This document shows positions 47,584 through 56,390 of a DNA stretch of 64,000 bases, piece by piece (the stretch's first letter is position 1; every line of letters starts with the position of its first letter). Below the pieces are notes generated by a model, which saw nothing but the letters and a program-made list of their open reading frames with translations, was not told the origin of the DNA and did no database searches. The stretch is from an uncultured delta proteobacterium (GTDB taxonomy: Bacteria; Desulfobacterota; Binatia; Binatales; Binataceae). The translations under genes and the position numbers were made by a program. The stretch is taken from contig CAVQEQ010000004.1 of the NCBI GenBank assembly GCA_963711565.1, positions 192,001-256,000 of the forward strand, read 5' to 3'.

Positions 47584-48522
47584 GTGCCGCATTCCGAATC
47601 TACCGACATCCCGCCAGCTGGCGTTCTCGCCCTCGACGGCCGCATCGTCGTCCGCGTGACCGGCGACGATCGCGCGTCGTTTTTCCACGGGATGTGCACT
47701 GCCGACGTGAAGGGCGCGCGCTTCGGTTCAATCCTGCCGGCGCTTTTTCTCACCGAGCATGCGCACGTAATCGCCGATGCGTTCATCTGGGTGACGCCTG
47801 CCGCGCTCCTGCTCGACATCGACGCCGACGCATGGACGCGCACGCGCGCGCATCTCGAAAAATTACTCGTCGCCGACGATGTGGAATTCGAAGACGCCGC
47901 AGACCTCGCCGTCATCAACGTCGAAGGACCTGCCGCCCTCGATGCAACCGCCAAATCGCCGCGCACGCCCTGGAGCTTCATCAAGGCCGGCAGCTCGCTG
48001 GTCGGCAACCTGCCACGCTACGGCGGCTCCGCGGTATCTGTCATCGCTCCGCGCGATTCGATTGATTCGACTATCGCCGCAATTCTCGCGAAGGTGCCGC
48101 ATTCGCGCCGCAGCGATCTCGCGATGCTCGAGACCATTCGCATCGAAAACGGCATCGCCCGCGTCGGCGTCGATACCACCGACAAAACCATCGCGCTCGA
48201 AGCGCGCCTCAATCGCTCGATCTCGTTCAACAAGGGATGCTACCTCGGCCAGGAAACCATCGAGCGCGCGACCGCCCGCGGCGGTTTGAAAAAACGGATG
48301 TTCGGACTTAAGTTCAATACTGCGGACGTGCCGAACGCCGGTGCGGTCCTCAGTCTGGACGGCAAGGAAGTCGGCCGCGTGAGCAGCAGTGTGCGTTCGC
48401 CGCGCTTCGGCGCGATCGGGCTTGCGATCCTGCATCACAGTGCATGGACGCTCGGCATCGAGCTGAAAGTGGGCGAGGGCGGCGGTGCAATCGTAACCGA
48501 GTTGCCGTTCGCGCAGAGTTGA
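47584..48522 (+). CDS. ygfZ: folate-binding Fe-S cluster repair protein YgfZ (GcvT family)
   Basis: VTGDDRASFFHG and KGCYLGQE signature. Confidence 0.88.
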   Translation: MPHSESTDIPPAGVLALDGRIVVRVTGDDRASFFHGMCTADVKGARFGSILPALFLTEHAHVIADAFIWVTPAALLLDIDADAWTRTRAHLEKLLVADDVEFEDAADLAVINVEGPAALDATAKSPRTPWSFIKAGSSLVGNLPRYGGSAVSVIAPRDSIDSTIAAILAKVPHSRRSDLAMLETIRIENGIARVGVDTTDKTIALEARLNRSISFNKGCYLGQETIERATARGGLKKRMFGLKFNTADVPNAGAVLSLDGKEVGRVSSSVRSPRFGAIGLAILHHSAWTLGIELKVGEGGGAIVTELPFAQS

Positions 48523-48560
48523 AGTGATACTTTGATTTTATTTTCAAGGGAGTTCAGAAG

Positions 48561-48704
48561 ATGGCTAACGTGCTCGGCAAGCGTTACATGTGCGAACACT
48601 GCGGCACCGAGGTGCTCTGCAACAAGGCCGGCACCGGCGGCCTCGAATGTTGCGACGTCGAGATGAAGATCAAGGAAGCCAAACCGCTTCCGAGTTCCGA
48701 CTAG
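48561..48704 (+). CDS. desulforedoxin-like small metal-binding protein with KPLPSSD tail (47 aa)
   Basis: Not in the ORF track. MANVLGKRYMCEHCGTEVLCNKAGTGGLECCDVEMKIKEAKPLPSSD; CxxC-x15-CC; GGGAG RBS. Confidence 0.85.
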   Translation: MANVLGKRYMCEHCGTEVLCNKAGTGGLECCDVEMKIKEAKPLPSSD

Positions 48705-48713
48705 GACGACTCG

Positions 48714-50273
48714 GTGGTAAGCGCGCCCGGGAAAGCAGACCTGGTTCTGCACGAGGGTCTCGTCCTCGGCCACCCCGGCAGCGACTCGGTTGCAATCTCG
48801 CGCGGCTCGATTGCCGCGCACGGTGCATTCGCTGATCTGAAACCGCTGGTCGGTCCGCGAACTCATCTGATCAAGCTCGCCGGCCGCACCGTCGCCCCCG
48901 GCTTCATCGATTCGCATCTCCATTTTCGCGAGGCCGCCGCCGCTGCCACCGGAATTTCCGTGCAGCGATGCCGCACTGTCGGCGATCTGCTGGCCGACCT
49001 GCGGCTTGCCGCAGGCAAGACTCCGCCCGGCAACTGGATGCGCGCGTTCGGATGCGACGAAGCGTTGCTGCTGGACAGGCGCGGACCCACGCGCGCCGAG
49101 CTCGACGAATCGTTACCCAAGAATCCCCTGCGTCTCCGCCATCAGACCCTCCACGCCACGTGGCTGAATTCGCGCGCGATCGCACTGCTGGGCCTCGAGG
49201 CTCCCGGCTTCACTCCGCCGCTCGGCGCCAACATGGTCCGCGACGCTGCGGGTAAGCTCACCGGCCTTCTGGTCGGGATGGAGACGTGGCTGTCGGATCA
49301 TCTACCGCCCGTGACCGCGGCGGAAGCGGAATCGCGCGCGCGCATCATGAGCCGCGAGATGGCTGCGGCCGGAGTCACCGCGTTTACCGATGCCACCACG
49401 CGCAACGGTCCCGTCGAAGTCGAACAGTTCGCCAAGCTCGCGCAATCGAACGCGATATGCCAGCGCGTCGGGGTGATGATTGGCGGCCAGCATCTCGACT
49501 CCGCCGATCGATGCGAGCAGCTTGCTCGCGCCGCCGGGATCGCTCTTGCCGGCGCCAAGTTCATGCCCGGTTATCAGTACGACCCCGCCGGCCTGTCGCG
49601 GCCCGTCCTCCGCGCGCTCGAGCGCGGATTCGATTGCGCGTTCCACGTCACGGAAATCGAAGAGCTGGAAGAGTCGATTGCCGCTATCGAAGCTGCCAAA
49701 GCGCAGTTTTCCGGCGCACACGAGATCCCGCGCTTTCGGATCGAGCACGGCGGGATCATCACGCCCAACTACATCGACCGGCTGATGGCCGCCGGCGTGT
49801 GGGTCGTCACCAATCCCGGCTTCATCCACTTCCGCGGTCCCAAGTACGCCGCCGAGCCCGGCCTCGTCGCTCATCTGTATCGCGCGCGCAGTCTCAAAGA
49901 TGCCAATGTCCACCTGGTCGGCGCGACCGACGCGCCGGTGACGCCCGCGAAGCCGCTCGCTGCGATTGCCGCCGCCGTTTCGCGCACCTCGATCGACGGC
50001 GTCGAGCTCGCACCCGCCGAGGCGCTCTCGATGCATGACGCCTTCGCGCTCTTCACATCCGAAGCGGCGCGCCTCGCCCGTCTCGAGGCCGGCGTTATCG
50101 AGCCCGATCACCTGGCCGATCTGATCGTGCTGCCGCGCGACCCGTTCTCGCTGAATGCCGCCGATCTGATGAACCTCGTCGTCAACATAACCATCGTCGG
50201 CGGCCGTGTCGTTTACGAGCGCGGCCGTCCCGCCATCGCCAGCAGCGACAGCGCCGACCTGCGCTCCACCTGA
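48714..50273 (+). CDS. amidohydrolase family 3 (YtcJ-like)
   Basis: PGFIDSHLH, PTRAELD, HATWLNS, AFH, RIEH and TDAP motifs. Confidence 0.85.
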   Translation: MVSAPGKADLVLHEGLVLGHPGSDSVAISRGSIAAHGAFADLKPLVGPRTHLIKLAGRTVAPGFIDSHLHFREAAAAATGISVQRCRTVGDLLADLRLAAGKTPPGNWMRAFGCDEALLLDRRGPTRAELDESLPKNPLRLRHQTLHATWLNSRAIALLGLEAPGFTPPLGANMVRDAAGKLTGLLVGMETWLSDHLPPVTAAEAESRARIMSREMAAAGVTAFTDATTRNGPVEVEQFAKLAQSNAICQRVGVMIGGQHLDSADRCEQLARAAGIALAGAKFMPGYQYDPAGLSRPVLRALERGFDCAFHVTEIEELEESIAAIEAAKAQFSGAHEIPRFRIEHGGIITPNYIDRLMAAGVWVVTNPGFIHFRGPKYAAEPGLVAHLYRARSLKDANVHLVGATDAPVTPAKPLAAIAAAVSRTSIDGVELAPAEALSMHDAFALFTSEAARLARLEAGVIEPDHLADLIVLPRDPFSLNAADLMNLVVNITIVGGRVVYERGRPAIASSDSADLRST

Positions 50274-50286
50274 TGGCTTCGTGCTG

Positions 50287-51033
50287 ATGCAATCGAAGGC
50301 GAACGCTTCCAGCGCAGTGCTCTACGCCAGGCGCGGTCCCGTCGCATGGGTCACGCTCAATCGTCCCGCGCAATTCAACGCGTACAACGTGGCGATGCGC
50401 GACGACCTCTTTCAAATCCTCGCCGCCATCCACGACGACCGCGACGTGCGCGCGATGGTCCTGCGCGGCGCCGGCCAGGCCTTTTCGACCGGCGGCGATC
50501 TCGTCGAGTTCGGGATGGCGCCGTCGCCAATCGTCGCGCGATGGGTCCGCTTTCGCCGCGATGTGTGGGGGATGCTCCGCGCGCTGCCGATTCCGACCAT
50601 CGCCGCTATTCACGGTTACACAGTAGGCGGCGGACTCGAGATGGCGCTGTTGTGCGACCTCGCAATCGCCGCCGACGACACCCGCCTGTCCCTGCCCGAG
50701 ACCGGCGCCGGCATGATTCCCGGCGTCGCCGGCACGCAGACCGCCGCGCGCCGCCTTGGCCTCGGTCGCGCGCTGGACCTTTGCCTCACGGGCCGTTGGA
50801 TTGACGCCCAAGACGCGTTACTTGTAGGTATGGTCGCCGAAGTGGTCCCGCTGGCTGATCTGGATCGCCGCGCGCTGACGATCGCCCGCGCGTTTGCACG
50901 CGTCAGTCGCGAGCGTTCCGCGCTACTCAAGCTGGCGGTCTGGGGAGGCCTCGATTTGCCGCTGCGACAAGGACTCGAACTCGAACGCCGGCTCTGGAGG
51001 CGTTTACCCGCTGGGAGGAATCGCGCGCAGTGA
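50287..51033 (+). CDS. enoyl-CoA hydratase/isomerase (crotonase) family protein
   Basis: VTLNRP, AFSTGGDL, GGGLEMAL, LPE (both catalytic Glu positions present). Confidence 0.88.
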   Translation: MQSKANASSAVLYARRGPVAWVTLNRPAQFNAYNVAMRDDLFQILAAIHDDRDVRAMVLRGAGQAFSTGGDLVEFGMAPSPIVARWVRFRRDVWGMLRALPIPTIAAIHGYTVGGGLEMALLCDLAIAADDTRLSLPETGAGMIPGVAGTQTAARRLGLGRALDLCLTGRWIDAQDALLVGMVAEVVPLADLDRRALTIARAFARVSRERSALLKLAVWGGLDLPLRQGLELERRLWRRLPAGRNRAQ

Positions 51034-52577
51034 ACACGGTTAACTTCGTCACGATCCCTGCTTCGATCGTGCCCGACCAGGAAATCCTGGTCTTCGGCTC
51101 GCGACGCCTTACCTATGCGGATCTGAACGACCAGGTCGCCTGCCTGTGCGCGGTCTTCAAGCAGTTCGGCCTCGCGCATGGCGACGTCATCGCCGTCCTC
51201 GACACCAACTCCGACCTCTACATCGAATGCTACTACGCCGCCGCCAAGGCCGGTCTCACGTTCCTGCCGCTGAACTATCGCGCCAAGGATGCCGAGCTCG
51301 AATACATGATCAACACCGCCGACGCCAAGGTGTTGCTCGTCGGCGATCGCTATCTCGAATTGATCGCGAAGATTCAGCCGCGGCTGCGCGCGAGCAAAGT
51401 CGTCGCGCTTGGCGACGGCGCCCGCGGATTGCCGCGCCTCGCCGATCTCATCGCCAAGGCCGAGCCCGACGAGGCCGAAGCTGAAGTCGAAGACGAGGAC
51501 ATTTCCATCCTCATGTACACCAGCGGCACCACCTCTCTACCGAAAGGCGTGCAGCTTCGCTTCCGCGATTTCGCCGCCTACGTCACCGCCAACGTCGAGA
51601 TGGCCGACGGCACCGACCGCGGCGTCGCGCTGGTGTGCGTGCCGTTTTACCACATCGCCGGAACCACCGCGTACATGACCACCATCTGGACCGGCCGCAA
51701 ACTGGTCATCATGCCGCAGTTCGACGCCAAGGCTTGGCTCGATCTCGTCGCGCGCGAGCACGTAACCCACGCCTTCGTCGTACCCACGATGATGAAACAG
51801 ATCATCGACGAGCCCGCATTCGCGAAAACCGATCTCTCCACGCTGACCAACCTCGCCTACGGCGGCGCGGCGATGCCGGTGCAGGTGATTCGCCGCGCGA
51901 TCGAGGTCTTCCCGAAAAAAGTCGGCTTCGTGAACGCCTACGGCCAGACCGAGACTACGTCATCGCTGACCGTGCTCGGTCCCGACGATCATCGAATCGA
52001 AGGCACGCCTGAGGAGGTCGAGCTAAAGCTCAAGCGCCTGAACTCGATCGGCAAGCCGCTGCCCAACGTCGAGATTCGCGTCCGCGACGAGGACGGCAAG
52101 TTCCTCCCGCACGGCCAGGTGGGCGAAATCATTATCCGCACCCCGCGCATCATGAAGGGCTACGCCGGCCGCGACGACGACGCGCGATTGCCCGATGGAT
52201 GGCGCGCGACCGGCGACCTCGGATGGCTCGACGACGACGGCTACGTCTTCTTCGCCGGGCGCAAGGACGACATGATCATCCGCGGCGGCGAAAATATAGC
52301 GCCCGCCGAAATCGAAACGGTCCTCATGAGCCATCCGGCGGTCGACGAATGCGCCGTTATCGGCGTGCCGTCCGTCGAATGGGGGCAAACCGTCAAGGCC
52401 TTCGTCGTCCCGCGCACGGGAATGAAGGTGGCCGAGTCCGAGCTCGAGGAATTCTGCCGCTCGCGTCTGGCGAGCTTCAAGCGTCCCGAGCGCATCGAGT
52501 TCATCGACGCGCTGCCGAAAAATCCGCTCGGCAAAATCCTGCGCAAAGATCTGCGCGCGCCCGCTGGAGGCGTCTGA
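51030..52577 (+). CDS. acyl-CoA synthetase (AMP-forming, long-chain fatty acid-CoA ligase family)
   Basis: YTSGTTSLPKG, YGQTE, TGDLG, GRKDDMIIRGGENI, LPKNPLGK; GTGA overlap with the upstream gene. Confidence 0.92.
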   Translation: MNTVNFVTIPASIVPDQEILVFGSRRLTYADLNDQVACLCAVFKQFGLAHGDVIAVLDTNSDLYIECYYAAAKAGLTFLPLNYRAKDAELEYMINTADAKVLLVGDRYLELIAKIQPRLRASKVVALGDGARGLPRLADLIAKAEPDEAEAEVEDEDISILMYTSGTTSLPKGVQLRFRDFAAYVTANVEMADGTDRGVALVCVPFYHIAGTTAYMTTIWTGRKLVIMPQFDAKAWLDLVAREHVTHAFVVPTMMKQIIDEPAFAKTDLSTLTNLAYGGAAMPVQVIRRAIEVFPKKVGFVNAYGQTETTSSLTVLGPDDHRIEGTPEEVELKLKRLNSIGKPLPNVEIRVRDEDGKFLPHGQVGEIIIRTPRIMKGYAGRDDDARLPDGWRATGDLGWLDDDGYVFFAGRKDDMIIRGGENIAPAEIETVLMSHPAVDECAVIGVPSVEWGQTVKAFVVPRTGMKVAESELEEFCRSRLASFKRPERIEFIDALPKNPLGKILRKDLRAPAGGV

Positions 52578-53362
52578 CGCCGCGGCCCGCTAAAAAATCC
52601 CGACCGCGCCGCGCCGCGCGCTCCACGCCCGCCGGCGTAATCGAAGTTTCCTTCGCCAGCGGATGCGTTAACGCTACCCTTCGATTCCCCGGCGCGCGCG
52701 CGATTGTCACGCCCGCGATGGCCGTCCGCTTGCTCGAGCTGTTCGAGCACGTTGAGGACGACGACGCCGCCCACATGCTCGCGATCACGGGCGCCGGTTC
52801 CGCGTTCTGCATCGGCTTGGACGACGCCGTCGATCCGCGCCTCGTCGAATCGCTCGCCGTGCTCTCGAAGCCCACCGTCGCGATCATCAACGGCGACGCC
52901 TTCGATGAAGGATTGGAACTCGCGATGGCCGCCGACATTCGCGTCGCGATTTCATCCGCTCGTTTCGCGATCACGCAAATCAAACGCGGCACGATGCCCC
53001 ATTTCGGCGCGACTCAGCGCCTCCCGCGCCTTATCGGCGCGGCCAACGCTATCCGCCTGATGCTGACCGGGACGGCCCTGGGAGCCGACGACGCGATGCG
53101 CACGGGACTCGTCACTTATCTTGCTGACAGGCCCGCCGAACTCGCCGCTACCAGCGGCCGCGTCGCCGAGGCTATTCTGAGCCGCGCGCCGCTCGCCGCG
53201 CGCCTGGTCAAGGACGCGGTGCTCAAGGGTTACGACATGACTTTGGACCAGGGCATCAGGCTTGAGGAGGATCTATACGCCCTGCTACAAACGACTTCCG
53301 ACCGCGCCGAAGGCGTCCGCGCTTTTCTCGAGAAGCGCAAACCGCTGTTCAGGGGCGCGTGA
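52574..53362 (+). CDS. degenerate crotonase family protein (start uncertain; possible CTG start)
   Basis: AFCIG, KPTVAIING, GLELAMAADIR, GATQRLPRLIG, EGVRAFLEKR; first in-frame ATG is 52718. Confidence 0.8.
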   Translation: MTPRPAKKSRPRRAARSTPAGVIEVSFASGCVNATLRFPGARAIVTPAMAVRLLELFEHVEDDDAAHMLAITGAGSAFCIGLDDAVDPRLVESLAVLSKPTVAIINGDAFDEGLELAMAADIRVAISSARFAITQIKRGTMPHFGATQRLPRLIGAANAIRLMLTGTALGADDAMRTGLVTYLADRPAELAATSGRVAEAILSRAPLAARLVKDAVLKGYDMTLDQGIRLEEDLYALLQTTSDRAEGVRAFLEKRKPLFRGA

Positions 53363-53417
53363 ACTCTCGGCGCAAAATTTTAAGCGACAACGCGACTGAA
53401 AGGATCAGGATCCACGA

Positions 53418-53537
53418 ATGGCAAATCAGCTCGGCAAAGTTTATATCTGCGGCAACTGCAAATCGCAGGTCATCGTCACCAAGGCCGGCAACGGCCAGCT
53501 CAAGTGTTGCGGCGTTCCGATGGAACAAAAAAAGTAA
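53418..53537 (+). CDS. desulforedoxin-like small metal-binding protein (39 aa)
   Basis: Not in the ORF track. MANQLGKVYICGNCKSQVIVTKAGNGQLKCCGVPMEQKK; CxxC-x15-CC. Confidence 0.85.
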   Translation: MANQLGKVYICGNCKSQVIVTKAGNGQLKCCGVPMEQKK

Positions 53538-53591
53538 CGACCGCGCTCTTTCGTTCGGGCGCTGTCGCGACAACGCGATGAGGGGTCCACG

Positions 53592-53831
53592 ATGCTCTAC
53601 TGGATTATAGTCGGAATAATCGCAGGCTGGTTGGCCGGGAAGCTGGTGCGCGGCGCGGGCTTCGGCTTGATCGGCGATCTCATCCTCGGCCTCGTCGGTG
53701 GCCTTGTCGGCGGATGGATCTTCGGCGCACTCGGTATTGCGGGACCCAACGGCCTGATCGGCGGCATCATCATCGCTACCGTCGGCGCCGTCATCCTGGT
53801 CTGGATCTCGCATATGATTCGCGAGGCCTGA
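53592..53831 (+). CDS. GlsB/YeaQ/YmgE family stress response membrane protein
   Basis: WIIVGIIAGWLAG, GDLILGLVG, ATVGAVILV. Confidence 0.9.
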   Translation: MLYWIIVGIIAGWLAGKLVRGAGFGLIGDLILGLVGGLVGGWIFGALGIAGPNGLIGGIIIATVGAVILVWISHMIREA

Positions 53832-53850
53832 GCAACCCCGCGCGCCGCGC

Positions 53851-54240
53851 TCACCCGCTAGCGCGGATGCGCAGCTCTTCGGCCTGCTTGCGAATCGGCT
53901 CCGGCAGCCTCACTTCCTGCGCGTCGATCCAGTTGCTCACGAGCCGGTAGAACTCGCGCGCCGGTTCGTAGAACACGTGGATCACGACGTCGTCGTAGTC
54001 GAGCACCACCCAGTGCGCATGGTGCATCCCCTCGACCGACAGTGCCCGTTGCCCGGCCTTGCCCAGCGCCTCCTCGATTCCGCGCGCAATCGCCTGCACC
54101 TGCACGTCGGAGCGCCCGGTCGCCACCAGGAAATAATCCGCCACCGATTTCAGATGCTCGGCTTCGAGCACGACCAGGTCGTAGGCCTTTTTCTCCAGCG
54201 CCGCTTCGGCCGCGACGAATGCCTTCTTCAGCGCCGTCAA
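53851..54240 (-). CDS. rsfS: ribosome silencing factor
   Basis: KKAYD, DYFLVATG, WVVLDYDDVVIHVF, REFYRL; follows nadD. Confidence 0.92.
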   Translation of the reverse strand: MTALKKAFVAAEAALEKKAYDLVVLEAEHLKSVADYFLVATGRSDVQVQAIARGIEEALGKAGQRALSVEGMHHAHWVVLDYDDVVIHVFYEPAREFYRLVSNWIDAQEVRLPEPIRKQAEELRIRASG

Positions 54241-54331
54241 GAAATCTGACCGCGATTGGCCGGCGGGTTCGCCGTTTGTCGATGGTTCGATCGGGATTGA
54301 AATGAACGCGAGATTTTAAGCAGAGAAATCC

Positions 54332-54970
54332 TCAATACAGCGCGTGGCGCTGGATATAATCGACGACATCGATCGGCATCAGGTACCGGACCGATTCACC
54401 GTGTTGCAGTTTGCCGCGAATTTCAGTCGCTGAAATGGGGAAGAACGTGGTGTCGACGAAAGATAGCGTTTGTCCGCTCGAATGCACGTAGTGATCGTCT
54501 GCCTGAGTGTAGCCAAACCGTTTGAGCGCGGCAACTGAAATTCGCGGCGGACCGTCTTGCCCTTCGGTTAACCTTGTATGAACGGCGAAATTGCACAGCC
54601 GCGCCAGTTCATCGGGCTCCTTCCACGATTCCAGCTCGGCAAACTGATCCGCGCCCATCAGCAGGTACAGCGTCGCCGGCTGCCTCAAGGTAGCCAGGAA
54701 GTAGCGCACCGTCTCTATCGTGTACGATCGCCCGGCGCGCTGAATCTCCACGTCGGAGGTCATGAAATGCCGGTTGCCCTTGGTCGCCAGCCGCACCATC
54801 GCCAGCCGATGCACCGCCGGGGCCAATTCGCCTTCCGCCTTATGCGGCGGCGATGCGGCCGGGATGAAATACACGAGGTCCAGTTGGAGCGCCTCGCGAA
54901 CCTCCTCGGCCGCGCGCAAATGCCCGAGATGAATCGGATTGAAACTGCCGCCGAACAATCCTACCCGCAT
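54332..54970 (-). CDS. nadD: nicotinate-nucleotide adenylyltransferase
   Basis: GGSFNPIHLGH, PPHK, SYT, MGAD, ISATEIR. Confidence 0.95.
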   Translation of the reverse strand: MRVGLFGGSFNPIHLGHLRAAEEVREALQLDLVYFIPAASPPHKAEGELAPAVHRLAMVRLATKGNRHFMTSDVEIQRAGRSYTIETVRYFLATLRQPATLYLLMGADQFAELESWKEPDELARLCNFAVHTRLTEGQDGPPRISVAALKRFGYTQADDHYVHSSGQTLSFVDTTFFPISATEIRGKLQHGESVRYLMPIDVVDYIQRHALY

Positions 54971-55009
54971 TTTTCTTCACTGCGCCCCCGTCGCAACGGG
55001 TCGCCGCGT

Positions 55010-56263
55010 TCAGGCGCGGACTTGTCCAGTCCCGCGAAGGACGTACTTATAGGTGGTCAACTCGTTGAGTCCCATCGGCCCGCGCGCGTGCAGCCGATTA
55101 GTCGAAATTCCCGTTTCCGCCCCGAATCCAAATTCGAAACCGTCGGTGAAACGCGTCGACGCGTTGACGTAAACCGTAGCCGAATCGACTTCACGTTCAA
55201 AGCGCGCGGCAGTTTCCGCGTCATCGGTAACGATCGCGTCGGCAAGATGCGATCCATGACGTGCGATAAACGCGATCGCCTCTTCAACCGAATCCACAAC
55301 TTTCACCGCCAGGATCAGGTCGAGATATTCCGCGTCCCAGTCTTCGTCGGTCGCCGCGCGCACCGCCGGCACGATTTTTCGCGTCGCGTCGTCGCCGCGA
55401 AGCTCAACGCCGGCCGCGGTCAATCGCGCGGCCACCGCCGGGAGGAATTTCTCCGCGACCGCGTGATGTACCAATAATTTCTCCATCGAATTGCAGACCG
55501 ACGGCCGCGAGCATTTCGCATTGACGCAGATCTCCTCGGCCATCTTCAGATTCGCCGCCCGATCGACGTAGGTGTGGCATTTGCCGTCGAAATGCGGCAA
55601 CAGAGGCACCTCCGATCCGTCCAACGCGTCCTTCAACGACTTGCCCCCGCGCGGAATTATCAGGTCGATCAACTCGCGGCTCAGCTTCATCACCTGGATC
55701 ACTTCGCGATCCGGATCGCGAATGAATGTCGCCGCATCAGCCTCGAGCCCCGCATCCTTCAACGCGCGCGAGATCAATCCTGCCAGGAATCCATTGCTGC
55801 TGAGCGCCTCGCTGCCTCCGCGTAGTACCACGGCGTTGCCGGCTTTGAGCGTCAGCGCGGCCGCATCGACGGTGACGTTGGGCCGCGACTCGTAAATCAT
55901 CGCGATCAGGCCGATCGGCACTCTGATCTTTTCGATCTTCAACCCGTTGGGCCGCGTCCACTTCTCGATCGCAGTGCCGACCGGATCGTGGAGCGCCTCG
56001 ACTTGAAGCACACCCGCAGCCATGGCCTCGATTCGCTTGTCATCGAGCGTCAGCCGCTCGACGAACGCACCGCCGCGTCCGCTGTTGCGCGAGCGCTCGA
56101 GGTCGATCGCGTTGGCGCGAATAATTTCCGCGCGCGACTCGCGTATCGCGCTGGCCAGCCGCCGCAGAAAATCGTTTTTCTGCGCCGTAGTCACGATCGC
56201 CATCCCCGGCGCCGCCGCCCGCGCCCGCCGCAGCGCGGCAACAGTATCAGCTTCAACCGTCAT
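55010..56263 (-). CDS. proA: gamma-glutamyl phosphate reductase
   Basis: IYESRPNVT, LRGGSEA, PSVCNSME, VNASTRFTDG, LHARGPMG; TTG 56296 is an alternative start. Confidence 0.95.
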   Translation of the reverse strand: MTVEADTVAALRRARAAAPGMAIVTTAQKNDFLRRLASAIRESRAEIIRANAIDLERSRNSGRGGAFVERLTLDDKRIEAMAAGVLQVEALHDPVGTAIEKWTRPNGLKIEKIRVPIGLIAMIYESRPNVTVDAAALTLKAGNAVVLRGGSEALSSNGFLAGLISRALKDAGLEADAATFIRDPDREVIQVMKLSRELIDLIIPRGGKSLKDALDGSEVPLLPHFDGKCHTYVDRAANLKMAEEICVNAKCSRPSVCNSMEKLLVHHAVAEKFLPAVAARLTAAGVELRGDDATRKIVPAVRAATDEDWDAEYLDLILAVKVVDSVEEAIAFIARHGSHLADAIVTDDAETAARFEREVDSATVYVNASTRFTDGFEFGFGAETGISTNRLHARGPMGLNELTTYKYVLRGTGQVRA

Positions 56264-56316
56264 CGAACTTCGAGAATATATCCCGAGGCCAGTCAAATAA
56301 ACCGCACGCCGAGAAT

Positions 56317-56384
56317 ACTGGGTGCAGGGGTCACCCCTGCCGAAGGAAGCGTGAAACCCACCGCGGGGTTCACATTCAATAAAG
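56317..56384. repeat. two-hairpin intergenic repeat (family B) between proB and proA
   Basis: 64/68 identical to 42403-42470. Confidence 0.8.
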
Positions 56385-56390
56385 TGGACG

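Noticed and set aside
50225-50273. Amidohydrolase tail RPAIASSD resembles the KPLPSSD tail of Dx1
   Set aside because: Only a short match and not terminal; likely coincidence without homolog support
52199-52573. Apparent long overlap or frameshift fusion of the ligase and second crotonase
   Set aside because: The Arg-rich upstream portion is an off-frame read of the ligase; no slippery sequence seen, and the ligase has a complete C-terminus
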